Assembly: GCA_036405415.1 (NCBI GenBank) | Contig: DASWXP010000002.1 | Span: 427,678-491,677, forward strand | From: Minisyncoccota bacterium | GTDB lineage: Bacteria > Patescibacteriota > Minisyncoccia > Phycocordibacterales > Phycocordibacteraceae | Length of the DNA: 64,000 bases | Direction of reading: 5' to 3' | Shown here: one piece after another, positions 1-9,318 of the stretch | Layout of the letters: every line of letters starts with the position of its first letter | Numbering within the stretch: position 1 is the stretch's first letter | Translations under genes and position numbers: made by a program | The notes under the pieces: generated by a model | What the model saw: only the letters and a program-made list of their open reading frames with translations | Told to the model about the DNA's origin: nothing | Databases searched by the model: none

Positions 1-247
1 GGAATACTTCGCCGCCGTCATGGAGACCGTGCGCAGGATCGCGCCTGCAGTACGCGATGCCGTGGGCGCCAAGGGCGTGCACATCAACTCAAACCATGAG
101 CCTGAGGCAGGACAGGAAGTGTTCCACCTCCATATGCATATCGTCCCGCGCCACGAACGAGAATCGTTTGAATTCTGGCCGAACGCAAAGTATGAGGATG
201 GTGAAGCAGAAGCGGTTGCGGAGAAAATCCGCAACGAGCTAGCGTAG
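1..247 (+). CDS. HIT-family (histidine triad) hydrolase, 5'-truncated at window edge
   Basis: C-terminal HxHxHxx motif (FHLHMHIV). The reading frame is open from base 2 and the stop is at 245-247. Confidence 0.7.
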   Translation, partial: EYFAAVMETVRRIAPAVRDAVGAKGVHINSNHEPEAGQEVFHLHMHIVPRHERESFEFWPNAKYEDGEAEAVAEKIRNELA

Positions 248-1375
248 CGCCGCGATACCAGGAAGTGTGCCGTACGCTAGATAGTCGAGCATCGCGCCGC
301 CGCCAGTAGAGATGAACGAGAAGCCTTGAGAGAGTCCGAGGCTCTCGATAGCCGCTACCGTATCGCCGCCGCCTACGATCGAGTGCGCATGCGACCCCGC
401 GATAACCCGCGCAAGGCCCTGCGTTCCCTCGACAAACCCGTGCTCGTAATTTCCCAGAGGACCGTTCCAGAGAATGGTCTTCATGCTTTTCGCATGCTCC
501 GCGAGCATCGCGATGGTCTTCGGTCCGTTATCAAGTATTGCCTCATCCGGCTGTACATCCTGTATGTCAGCGACGCGTCCTTCTGCGCGTCCTTTCCCCA
601 CAGGAGCGACGACATAATCGAGCGGCAGAAGAAGCTTCCTGTCCTGAAGCAGCGCTTTGAGCGTTGCCTTATCTGCATTTGATACCAGGGACCTCCCCAC
701 AGGGCGTCCGGTTGCCTGCATGAAATCGTTCGCGAGCGCCCCGCCCACGAACACGCGCCCGTAGATCTTAAGGAGCTTGTTCAGGACCGGCTGCTTCGTG
801 GAGAACTTCGCGCCACCGATTATCGCCATGGACGGCTGCTTCGGCTTGAGCGCCTTCTTCAGCTCTTCTACTTCGTGCGAAAGCAGCAGTCCCGCATAGC
901 TCGGAAGTATCTCTGGCACCCCAACAACTGAGGCGTGCTTCCGATGACACACATCGAACGCGTCCTGTACGAAAATGTCTGCAAGGTCCGCGAGGCTCGC
1001 CGAAAATTCCTTGCTGTTACCTTCCTCTCCTTTGTCGCGTCTCAGATTCTCGAGCATGAGCACGTCTCCTGGCGATAGCTCTCGCGCCATCGCGCGTGCC
1101 TTAGGTCCTGAAGGCACGTCGCAGAACACGAGTCCCGGAATCCAGGCCTTCATCGCCTCGTACATAGGACGCAGCGTCTCAGTGCCGTTCCCCGTTATGT
1201 GCCCTGCGAGGATAACCTTCGCATGTCGCTCGCGCAGGTACTCGATTGTGGGAAGCGCAGCGCGCAGCCTGAAATCGTTCGTGACCTTCCCGTTCTCAGC
1301 TTCAGCATTGAGCGCAGCGCGCACCAACACCGGGATGCCTTCGAGCTTCCGAATGTCACGTACCGTACGCATCAC
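239..1375 (-). CDS. pgk: phosphoglycerate kinase
   Basis: Full-length 378-aa ORF with typical PGK N- and C-domain motifs (GGGASLELLEGK-like GGGAMLDYL..G.LPGI). The stop overlaps the tpiA start region. Confidence 0.93.
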   Translation of the reverse strand: MMRTVRDIRKLEGIPVLVRAALNAEAENGKVTNDFRLRAALPTIEYLRERHAKVILAGHITGNGTETLRPMYEAMKAWIPGLVFCDVPSGPKARAMARELSPGDVLMLENLRRDKGEEGNSKEFSASLADLADIFVQDAFDVCHRKHASVVGVPEILPSYAGLLLSHEVEELKKALKPKQPSMAIIGGAKFSTKQPVLNKLLKIYGRVFVGGALANDFMQATGRPVGRSLVSNADKATLKALLQDRKLLLPLDYVVAPVGKGRAEGRVADIQDVQPDEAILDNGPKTIAMLAEHAKSMKTILWNGPLGNYEHGFVEGTQGLARVIAGSHAHSIVGGGDTVAAIESLGLSQGFSFISTGGGAMLDYLAYGTLPGIAALR

Positions 1376-2124
1376 TAGCTGAGCGCTTTTACGAGCGCAG
1401 AGAACCCTGCGACATCGGTAGACGCGTGTCCCACGAGGAACCCGTCGACGCCGCTTCCTCCGGCGAGCCCGCGGACATTCGTCGCCTCGACCGAGCCGCC
1501 ATAGAGGATGCGCACCTTCTGGTTCGCGCGTCCTGGCATGTGTCCTGCGAGCACCTTCCTGATGTAGAGCACCATCTCCCCGAGATCGGCGGGCGTGATC
1601 GCGTCAGCGCCGGTCTTGCCGATCGCCCAGATCGGCTCGTATGCGATCACCACCTGAAGGCGCTCCTTCGGCGAGAGGTGCGCGAAGATCGCTTCGATCT
1701 GGCGACGCACATCCTTGAGGTAGTGCGCCTCATCGTCTCGCTCGCGCTCCCCCACGCAGACGATGGGTGTCATGCCGTGCGCAAGCGCATGGCGCGCCTT
1801 CTCGAGGACCATGGCGTCATCCTCGCCGCGCGCCCTGCGCTCTGAGTGCCCGACGATGACGAACGAGACGCCAAGCCCGCGCAGCGATCCTGCGGCGACC
1901 TCTCCGGTCTGCGCGCCGCCTACGGTTATAGAAACGTCTTGGGACGCGAGCTCTGGGTCTGTCTTCCCTGCCTTCGCGGGCGCAAGCATGCCGATATACG
2001 GGAAGGGCGGCGCGACCACTATCTCGTGATTACCTTTTGCCGCGAGGCGCTTTGCGCCCTGGTACAGGGTCTTTGCTTTCGCGCGCGTCTCGACGTACGC
2101 CTTCCAGTTTCCGACGATGAGCAT
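1375..2124 (-). CDS. tpiA: triosephosphate isomerase
   Basis: NWK, VGHSERR and AYEPIWAIGTG motifs; 249 aa. Confidence 0.93.
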   Translation of the reverse strand: MLIVGNWKAYVETRAKAKTLYQGAKRLAAKGNHEIVVAPPFPYIGMLAPAKAGKTDPELASQDVSITVGGAQTGEVAAGSLRGLGVSFVIVGHSERRARGEDDAMVLEKARHALAHGMTPIVCVGERERDDEAHYLKDVRRQIEAIFAHLSPKERLQVVIAYEPIWAIGKTGADAITPADLGEMVLYIRKVLAGHMPGRANQKVRILYGGSVEATNVRGLAGGSGVDGFLVGHASTDVAGFSALVKALS

Positions 2125-2147
2125 GGCTCAATCGTAGCACGCGGAGC

Positions 2148-3593
2148 CTACTCCTCCCGCCAGTCCACGAACTGGTAATCCGTTGACGTCTGCGGGGTGA
2201 ACGGGGGCGGATCGGTCGAGAGCTTGCGGTCGAAGGAATCGACGCGGCTCTGGTATCCCGCATCCGTATACCCGCTGAACGCTGACCAGCATCCGTTCTG
2301 CCACTGCGTGCCAGTGCGCATGTTCGACACGGTCGTACCGAGGATGGTGAGCGAGGTGCGCGGCTCGTACGACGACGGGCAGGCGTAGCGGTTGCGCCCG
2401 AAGGATCCTCCTTGCGCTACGAAGATGCCGTTGAGCGTCATGTTCTGCGGCGAGTTCGGGGTTATGAGGATGTTGTTCTCCGAGATAACCGTCAGGCCGT
2501 CCGACCCGTCGGTCGCTGCATACCGGAGGTTTCCCGGAAGCATTACATTCGTCTTCACGTTGGTGAGAGCCGGGGTCGCCGAAACCACCGTCACCTTCTG
2601 AGAGACGATGCCTTCGATCCAGACGTGGTCCTCAACGAAGATGAGGGCGCAGTCGCTCGGGAGCGTAAGCGTCTGATAGAAGCTCTCGCTCGAGATGAGG
2701 GTGCGGTCCGGGTAATCATCCGTCTCTTCGATCGCGTTAATTTGCTGCGAGTCGACGACGGACGTGTTGCTCACGCGATATACCGAGACAGTGCCGTTTG
2801 AATTGAAGATGAGGTGGTACCCGCGCCAGTACCCTGCGTTATTCACATTGGTGCTGTTACTGAAGCGAGGCAAGTGCCGCCCTGACGCGAGCGCCTTCGT
2901 CTTTAAGGCTGAGAAGTCAGCAGCGATACCGCTGAAATCGACCTGCGGCACGGGATATTCCCACAGACTCTGATTCGTTCCCGCACCCCACACCCCGGGC
3001 TTGGTCTGATTTCCTGAGCATCCGAAATCGCTGTTGCAAATCCATGACGAGAGAGAACTCGTAACAGGAGAGTTCGCCGTTCCGTCCATGCGGATGCCGC
3101 CGTTCGAATGGTACGGACCGAGGATCACACGATCCTCGCCTGCCCACACGGTACTGTTGAGCACGTACGCGTACTGCGCAACGGTCGGCCGCGCGTAGCG
3201 TGCAAGGATCGTGCGCGAGACGGTCGGGCTCTCAGACGGTGTGCCCGTGGAACGCAGGTCCACCGACGTGACCGTGCCGCAGGAACTGTTGCCGGTAACC
3301 GAGAGACTGATGGTGCCGGTCTGTCCTCCTTCCGGGTCCTGGTACGGGATAGAGTAGGGTCCTGGCTGTCCGGTACCGTTCTGAAGATCGTTCGGATAGT
3401 GCGCGAGGAACCAGCGGTAGTACTCGATGCCCGCTTCCGCGATAGCGGTCGCGCGCGCCATCGACGTCGCGTTCGACTGAAGTCGGTTCTCCGTGAGCAC
3501 GAACCCGGTGAGCGCGCCAAGCACGGTCACGAATATGGCGCCGAACACGATCGCCATGAGCATGAGGTAGCCGCGCTGAGGAGTCCGTTTCAT
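2148..3593 (-). CDS. PilX-like type IV pilus minor pilin / tip-associated protein
   Basis: N-terminus MKRTPQRGYLMLMAIVFGAIFVTVL matches the PilX_N-type hydrophobic segment that follows QRG. The protein is large, Ser/Thr/Asn-rich and extracellular-looking. It lies immediately downstream of pilin genes. Confidence 0.55.
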   Translation of the reverse strand: MKRTPQRGYLMLMAIVFGAIFVTVLGALTGFVLTENRLQSNATSMARATAIAEAGIEYYRWFLAHYPNDLQNGTGQPGPYSIPYQDPEGGQTGTISLSVTGNSSCGTVTSVDLRSTGTPSESPTVSRTILARYARPTVAQYAYVLNSTVWAGEDRVILGPYHSNGGIRMDGTANSPVTSSLSSWICNSDFGCSGNQTKPGVWGAGTNQSLWEYPVPQVDFSGIAADFSALKTKALASGRHLPRFSNSTNVNNAGYWRGYHLIFNSNGTVSVYRVSNTSVVDSQQINAIEETDDYPDRTLISSESFYQTLTLPSDCALIFVEDHVWIEGIVSQKVTVVSATPALTNVKTNVMLPGNLRYAATDGSDGLTVISENNILITPNSPQNMTLNGIFVAQGGSFGRNRYACPSSYEPRTSLTILGTTVSNMRTGTQWQNGCWSAFSGYTDAGYQSRVDSFDRKLSTDPPPFTPQTSTDYQFVDWREE

Positions 3594-3595
3594 AG

Positions 3596-4183
3596 CTATT
3601 CGTCGCGCAGGTTGCGCAAGGTCGCGCCACCCTCAAGCGTGAGGATGTTCGGTGCGCGCTGCGGATTGATGTCGACATCAAAGCGCACCCGTACGGTACG
3701 CACCTCAGCGACATCTATGGTCCCGGTTAGTTCCGTGCCGTCGATATCGAAGTACCTAAACGCGGGCGTCGACGCTGCGTTCTTCACGTCGGTCGCGAGC
3801 ACACTCGTCGTCTCTGGCTGCCCGGTGTATGACGGCGGATTCCCTGCCGCCTCGGTCACGCCACGATACAGCACGCCATTTGAGACGTAGAGCCGAATGC
3901 GCTCGATGCTCGAATCGACGTCGAGATCCGAGTAGAACGTGACGCTCGAGGTTGCGGTAGCGACAAGCGGATAGCCGCCGTCCTCTCCGTATGACGCTTC
4001 GCGCAGATGCTCGAGCGACTGGTTCACGCCGCGGCTCGCGCTATCGACCGCGCTCGTAGCCTCGAGCAGAAAGGCGTTCGAGCGATAGAAGTACGTGATC
4101 ATGGAGAGAAGGCCGAGACCCACGAGACTTGTGAGCCCGACCACGACTACCATCTCGACGAGCGTGAATCCGCGCGGATGCAT
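3596..4183 (-). CDS. type IV pilin (prepilin with class III signal)
   Basis: Start chosen at MHPRG|FTLVEMVVVVGL: a short basic leader, Gly at -1, Phe at +1 and Glu at +5. The ORF-track extension upstream to 4336 overlaps the preceding gene and is Arg/Ser-rich junk. Confidence 0.7.
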   Translation of the reverse strand: MHPRGFTLVEMVVVVGLTSLVGLGLLSMITYFYRSNAFLLEATSAVDSASRGVNQSLEHLREASYGEDGGYPLVATATSSVTFYSDLDVDSSIERIRLYVSNGVLYRGVTEAAGNPPSYTGQPETTSVLATDVKNAASTPAFRYFDIDGTELTGTIDVAEVRTVRVRFDVDINPQRAPNILTLEGGATLRNLRDE

Positions 4184-4187
4184 AGCC

Positions 4188-5654
4188 TTATTGTACGATG
4201 ACGCGCGCGCTCTGCGTGGTGCCAGGCTCGACGACGAACGGGATACTCGGCGTAGACGTCGAGAACGTGAATCCGCTCCCGATCGTGAAGCCGTACTGGT
4301 CCCACTCGAGCGAGAGCGGACGCGATCCGGAAGCATCCGTACTAGTCGCGATCACGGTCTTATAGATGGCGGCGCCCGTACCCGTGGTTCCCTTGAGCTT
4401 CTGTCCGGTGAGCGTGAACGGGACGTTCGGCGCCGGGATCGGTCCTACGACTGACGCGAGGCTCCACTTGAGGATGCGCGGCGCGCTCGTCGGGACGCTC
4501 GTCGAGAGGCTCGCTCCGAGCGCGAGTGTCGGATAGGTCGTCGTCGACACTCCCGAGAGCGATATCGGCGAGGATGAGAATCCTGCGCTGTTTCCTGGGA
4601 GCACGCTGTCCGGGAGCGGCGCGCCACTCTGGTCGAGCACGCGCACCAGCACACTTGTGCCGCCCCCTAGCACTGTTTGGAATGACGCGTCCGTCCACCG
4701 GACCAGGTATGAAGGCGCTAAAGGAAGGCCCTGGAACGAACCTGAGGATACGTATCCGCCCATGCCGTCCCCGGCGAGCGTCATAGCATCCGTGCTATGC
4801 ACCACATTCACGAGAGCGGTTACGCGCGCCGCCGAATCGAAAGTATCTTCGGTCGATGTCGCCTGCTCTGCATAGAAAGTCTGCACCGTGAACGAGGAGA
4901 GCACGTCTATAGCGAAGGTGCTGGTCGTGGTCTGTCCCTGCGCAACCGTGAGATACCCAGGGGTTGGGTTCTGGTTCGAGCTATCGCGCGCATAGGTCTG
5001 TGCCGAAGAGTAGCCGTCCTTGGTCACGGTGACGCGATAGTCGGTTGACGTAGCCGCGCCCGGGAATATAACCGCACCGGTTGTGTCGGTGAATGTCGTC
5101 ACGTCAACGTTCGGCGAGAGGCTCGGGTTATAGATACGGACCGATGCGCCCGACACCGCGCTTCCGAGCGCGTTCACTACCTGGATCCTGAGGGTACCGC
5201 CGCCCGTCGTGCTCTCTACGCCGTTCGGAGATACGTTCGATATGATCGCCACCTCGCGTTCCTCCCCCCGGAACGTGTAGCTCGCAGACACGCGTACGCG
5301 CTTGTAGTCAGTGGTGATGCCGTTTGTGTCCGCTGAGCCGCTTCCGTCTTTTGGATCGTCCACGTACTGCACGAATGTACGGACCGCATACGGGATGCCG
5401 TTCATGGTGGTGGTCGCGTACTGCGCTACCGGACCTGCGGGAATGCCGCCGATGGTCCCCACCGTCGCGTAGTCGAGCGAGCGGATGTATTCGATCTGCG
5501 TGGTCGCTACCGCGGTCGCGCCTGCCTTCGCTTTGGCCGAGGAAGACACGAGGAGCGAGGTGCGCAGGAGCCCGAGGAGCGCGACGAACACGATGAGCAC
5601 GAGCGCAGAACCGACGATAACGTCTACGAGCGTCATACCGCGCATCGGTTGCAT
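4188..5654 (-). CDS. large pilin-like protein (pseudopilin N-terminus plus beta-sandwich, CarboxypepD_reg-like domains)
   Basis: Prepilin-like N-terminus MQPMRG|MTLVDVIVGSALVLIV followed by about 450 aa that are Thr/Ser-rich. Start chosen at the ATG at 5654; the ORF-track GTG at 5672 is an alternative. Confidence 0.55.
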   Translation of the reverse strand: MQPMRGMTLVDVIVGSALVLIVFVALLGLLRTSLLVSSSAKAKAGATAVATTQIEYIRSLDYATVGTIGGIPAGPVAQYATTTMNGIPYAVRTFVQYVDDPKDGSGSADTNGITTDYKRVRVSASYTFRGEEREVAIISNVSPNGVESTTGGGTLRIQVVNALGSAVSGASVRIYNPSLSPNVDVTTFTDTTGAVIFPGAATSTDYRVTVTKDGYSSAQTYARDSSNQNPTPGYLTVAQGQTTTSTFAIDVLSSFTVQTFYAEQATSTEDTFDSAARVTALVNVVHSTDAMTLAGDGMGGYVSSGSFQGLPLAPSYLVRWTDASFQTVLGGGTSVLVRVLDQSGAPLPDSVLPGNSAGFSSSPISLSGVSTTTYPTLALGASLSTSVPTSAPRILKWSLASVVGPIPAPNVPFTLTGQKLKGTTGTGAAIYKTVIATSTDASGSRPLSLEWDQYGFTIGSGFTFSTSTPSIPFVVEPGTTQSARVIVQ

Positions 5655-5715
5655 AGATGCATGATACCGCACCAGAGTATGTGAAAGGCCGCGCGGCCCA
5701 GGCTTTGCTGTCGAG

Positions 5716-6927
5716 CTAGATCTTATCGGAGAGCGAGTAGATCGGCGTGATCATCGCCATCGCGAAGATGCCCACGGCGCCTCCGATGAAAAGCATGAGG
5801 AGCGGCTCAATGATGGTAGAGAGGTCCTTGGTGCGCTCCTCGACGTCGGTCTCGTAGTACTGCGCTACCTGCCCGAGCATGTCCGCTACCTTTCCGGTCT
5901 CCTCGCCCACGGCGATCATGTCGCCTACGAATACCGGGTAGAGCTTCGGATGATCGATGAACGACGCGGAAAGTGCCTCGCCCTTCCTGACGCGTTCTTC
6001 CGCTTCCCGGAGCACCTTCCCGAAGCTGTTGTCTCCCACCACTTCCCCTGAAATCTTGAGCGCGGAAAGCATCTCGACGCCGGAAGAAAGAAGCGACGAC
6101 AGGGAGCGTGCGGCACGTGCGCTCATGGTCTCGCGTACGAGTTCTCCGATAACCGGCATGCGGAGCGCGAGCATGAGGACGATCCGTGCGCCCGGCTTCG
6201 AGCGGACAAAGAAGAATATGCCGGCGAAGACGGCGATGAGGATTCCCATGGTAAGGAATGCGTTCGAGGCCATGAAATCAGACGTGTCGATGATGGCCTT
6301 CGTTGCTGCGGGAAGCTCTACCCCGAGCTCCTTGAACGTATTGGAAAGGGTCGGCACCACGTAGATGAGCATGAGCACGCCGATGATGACGATCGCGGTG
6401 AGGATGATCATCGGATAGATCATGGCGCCCTTCACCTTCTTCTGGAGGTTGAACGCCTTCTCCATCTGGCGCGCAACCACGGAAAGCGACTCGGCGAGCG
6501 TTCCTGATTCCTCGCCCGCTTTCGTCATGGCGATGAAGAGCTCCGAGAATACCTTCGGATGCTTCGCGAGCGCCTCATGGAACGAGGAGCCCTTCTTAAC
6601 CTCCTCGCTGAGCGCCGCAACGGTCTTCTTCAGGTATTTATTAGTTGCCTGGCGCTCGATAACAGAGAGCGCGCGCGTAAGCGGAAGACCCGCTGAAAGC
6701 ATCGCGGCGAGATTTTTCGTGAACGTTATCTTCTGGTCGGTCTTAATGCCCGAGCCGAAGGTTATCTGCGTCCATGCAGGACCGCTTCCGCCCCTCGCTT
6801 CTTCTACCGAGACAACTGTTGCGCCCTCCTTCTCCATCTCGCCGTACACCGCAAAGCGCGTCGGCGCTTCGATGACGCGATGCACTTCGCTTCCGTCACT
6901 GGTCTTCGCGGTTACGCGGAATTTCAT
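5716..6927 (-). CDS. pilC: type IV pilus assembly platform protein PilC (GspF family)
   Basis: Two T2SSF-domain repeats, three TM segments and the conserved IEPLLMLFIGGAVG C-terminal helix. Confidence 0.9.
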   Translation of the reverse strand: MKFRVTAKTSDGSEVHRVIEAPTRFAVYGEMEKEGATVVSVEEARGGSGPAWTQITFGSGIKTDQKITFTKNLAAMLSAGLPLTRALSVIERQATNKYLKKTVAALSEEVKKGSSFHEALAKHPKVFSELFIAMTKAGEESGTLAESLSVVARQMEKAFNLQKKVKGAMIYPMIILTAIVIIGVLMLIYVVPTLSNTFKELGVELPAATKAIIDTSDFMASNAFLTMGILIAVFAGIFFFVRSKPGARIVLMLALRMPVIGELVRETMSARAARSLSSLLSSGVEMLSALKISGEVVGDNSFGKVLREAEERVRKGEALSASFIDHPKLYPVFVGDMIAVGEETGKVADMLGQVAQYYETDVEERTKDLSTIIEPLLMLFIGGAVGIFAMAMITPIYSLSDKI

Positions 6928-7006
6928 ATCCGAATCGTAGCATGCAGATATGCGAACGGGCCGGGTTCCGTAGGAGGAACCCGGCCCGTGGCCAGACGAA
7001 GGCCGA

Positions 7007-7348
7007 TCAGTGACCGGAACGGGGCCTCGGCACCGTGGCCAGCAGGATGCCGGCCGAGACGCCGGCGATCAGCCCGAGCCAGCCGATGTCCTGGAGCAGT
7101 TCGAAGCCGCCCCAGCGGCACAGCAGCGCGATCAGCAGGCCGAGGCCGGCGATGACGAAGGCGATGTTCTCCGTCATCCACCAGTACAGCGCGGCCGCGA
7201 TGGCCATCGCGACCACGAAAGACCAGAGTCCTCCGACGCCCGTGTCGTTGTCCAGGGACACGAACGGGATCATGCCGGAGACCCAGGTGGCCCCAGCCGC
7301 GATGGCGACGGCAATCATGAGACCTGTGATGGTCTTTTTCATATTCAC
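7007..7348 (-). CDS. small four-TM membrane protein, hypothetical, in a compositionally foreign island (about 70-75% GC)
   Basis: Strong SD GGAGGAG 6 nt before the ATG. Codon third positions are dominated by G/C, unlike neighbouring genes. Four predicted hydrophobic helices. Downstream there is a perfect 12-bp hairpin GGGCCGGGTTCC..GGAACCCGGCCC. Confidence 0.5.
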   Translation of the reverse strand: MNMKKTITGLMIAVAIAAGATWVSGMIPFVSLDNDTGVGGLWSFVVAMAIAAALYWWMTENIAFVIAGLGLLIALLCRWGGFELLQDIGWLGLIAGVSAGILLATVPRPRSGH

Positions 7349-7402
7349 TCCTCCGAGAACACACTGTCGGAAATCCGGACAGAGAGGATGTGTTCCGCGT
7401 CC

Positions 7403-7431
7403 GTTATACTCCCCTACCCGTATAAAAACAA
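7403..7431 (-). promoter_or_regulatory. sigma70-like promoter for the 7007-7348 gene (TTGTTT-17-TATAAC on the minus strand)
   Basis: Read directly from the sequence in the 84-bp gap between the pilB stop and the small-gene start. The only support is hexamer similarity and 17-bp spacing. Confidence 0.3.
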
Positions 7432-7432
7432 T

Positions 7433-9229
7433 CTATTCAGAAACCGCACGGAGCACCTCCTCGATGGAGGTGATGCCGCGCGCGCTCTTGTAGATGCCGT
7501 CCTCAAGCATCGTGAGCATGCCCTCCTTGCGCGCCTGCGCCTCTATCGCGTCCGTTGTGCCGCTATGGAGGATGATGTCGCGGATCGCCGGCGACACCGA
7601 GAGCACCTCATGGATGCCGATGCGCCCTGAGTATCCGTCCTCGCACTGGGACGACGGCTTCGGACCATGGAACGGCACGCTCTCGATCTTCGTGCCCGCC
7701 TTCACGAGCTTCTCGTCCGTGAGCGCCTTCAATACCGCGTCGAACTTGTCGTCATGCGCTACCTTCGCGCGCTCTTCCGTATCGAGCGCGAACTGTTCCT
7801 TGTCGTCGCAGAGCCTGCGCACGAGACGCTGACCCACGATAACGCGGAGCGTGGAAACAAGGAGGAACGGCTCCACGCCCATATCGATGAGGCGCGGGAT
7901 GGCGCCGGCTGCGGAGTTGGTGTGGATGGTCGAGAGCACGAGGTGTCCCGTAAGCGCGGCGTTGATCGCGAGCGACGCGGTCTCGCCGTCGCGTATCTCT
8001 CCCACCATGATGATGTCCGGGTCCTGGCGCACGAGGGAACGGAGGCCGTTCGCGAACGTGAATCCGATCTCCGGCTTCACCTGCGTCTGGTTCACGCGCT
8101 TCATCTGGTACTCGATCGGGTCCTCGATCGTAGAGATGTTCACGTCCGGCGTATTGAGGATGTCGAGAATCGTATACAAGGTCGTCGTCTTTCCGGATCC
8201 GGTAGGACCAGAGATGAGGATGATGCCGGTGGTCTGCTTCGTCGCCTTATGAATGCGCTCCATGGTGTCGCCATGGAACCCGAGCACGTCGAGCGTGAAG
8301 CCTTCGCCCGTCTCGCGAAGGAGACGCATAACAATCTTCTCGCCGTAATAGGTCGGCAGCATCGACACGCGGAACGAGACCTTGTCGGTCTCGGTCTCCA
8401 TCTTGAAACGGCCGTCCTGCGGGAGACGCTTCTCGTCGAGCTTTAGGTTCGCGAGCACCTTGATGCGGGCCGTGATGCCGGCAGACGCGGTGCGCGGGAG
8501 CGTCATGGCGTCATGCAGCACACCGTCGATGCGATAGCGCACCAAGACTTCCTGCTCCATCGGCTCGATGTGGATGTCGGACGCCTTCTGGATGATGGCG
8601 TGACGCAGGAGCGTATCCACGATACGCACGATCGGCAGGTCCTCTGCCATCTTCTTGAGGTCCTCGCCCGACGCGTCGTCCCCCGCCCCTGCGTCCTTGA
8701 TGAGATTGATGCGGCCTGCCTCGGTCGAGATAAGGTCGCCGAACTCTTCCTTGAGCGACTTCTGGTACTGCAGCAGCACGTTCTTCAAAGACTCGTCGTC
8801 CGTTAGACGCGGAAGAATCTTGAGACCTGTCTTCTTACGCACCGAATCGATGGACGGGAGGTCTTCCGTATCAAGCATCGCTACCTCAAGCGAATCCCCT
8901 TCCTTCTTAAAGGCGATGATGGAGTGCGTGCGTGCAATCGGCTCTGGAATAAGTGACAGGACATTGAGATCAATCTTCTTGTCCTTCAAGTTCACGAACG
9001 GAATGCCGAGCACGTATGCCTTGATACGGCGGAGCGAGTCTGAAGAAAGAAGTCCCTGAGAGACGAGGATGTCGCCGATGGACTGTCCCCGGCGCTTTGC
9101 TTCCTCTTCCGCAGCGTCAACATCCTTCCTGGAGACGAGTCCGGAGTCGAGTATGAATTCCTTGAGTTCGCTTTCAGAGACCTGCATGCCGTTTAGTATT
9201 GAAAGTATAGCGCGCCACTGTTGAATCAC
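7433..9229 (-). CDS. pilB: type IV pilus assembly ATPase PilB (GspE family)
   Basis: Walker A GPTGSGKTTT, Asp box, Walker B DIIMVGEIRD and His box LVLSTIHTNSAAG, with a T2SSE_N-like N-terminal domain. The start is ambiguous: GTG at 9229 or ATG at 9187. Confidence 0.9.
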   Translation of the reverse strand: MIQQWRAILSILNGMQVSESELKEFILDSGLVSRKDVDAAEEEAKRRGQSIGDILVSQGLLSSDSLRRIKAYVLGIPFVNLKDKKIDLNVLSLIPEPIARTHSIIAFKKEGDSLEVAMLDTEDLPSIDSVRKKTGLKILPRLTDDESLKNVLLQYQKSLKEEFGDLISTEAGRINLIKDAGAGDDASGEDLKKMAEDLPIVRIVDTLLRHAIIQKASDIHIEPMEQEVLVRYRIDGVLHDAMTLPRTASAGITARIKVLANLKLDEKRLPQDGRFKMETETDKVSFRVSMLPTYYGEKIVMRLLRETGEGFTLDVLGFHGDTMERIHKATKQTTGIILISGPTGSGKTTTLYTILDILNTPDVNISTIEDPIEYQMKRVNQTQVKPEIGFTFANGLRSLVRQDPDIIMVGEIRDGETASLAINAALTGHLVLSTIHTNSAAGAIPRLIDMGVEPFLLVSTLRVIVGQRLVRRLCDDKEQFALDTEERAKVAHDDKFDAVLKALTDEKLVKAGTKIESVPFHGPKPSSQCEDGYSGRIGIHEVLSVSPAIRDIILHSGTTDAIEAQARKEGMLTMLEDGIYKSARGITSIEEVLRAVSE

Positions 9230-9255
9230 TGCGTTGTTGTATGCGAAGAGAGCGT

Positions 9256-9291
9256 GGAAAAGAAAACGCCCCCACGATTGCTCGTGGGGGC
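9256..9291 (-). terminator. intrinsic terminator: 10-bp GC stem (GCCCCCACGA/TCGTGGGGGC) plus a T-tract on the minus strand
   Basis: Perfect hairpin followed by GTTTTCTTTTCC on the minus strand. It lies directly after the 9319-9750 gene and before pilB. Confidence 0.6.
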
Positions 9292-9318
9292 ACTTGTTTG
9301 GGCGTCGTCGGTTGTCGG

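Noticed and set aside
2412-3890. Several 70-260 aa ORFs overlapping the PilX-like and pilin genes
   Set aside because: These are Arg-rich antisense or out-of-frame translations with no starts or RBS; the sense genes have clear pilin N-termini.
6924-7630. Three alternative ORFs (146, 206 and 152 aa) overlapping the 7007-7348 gene
   Set aside because: Arg/Pro-rich translations. Only the 113-aa minus-strand frame has an SD, hydrophobic helices and a terminator hairpin.
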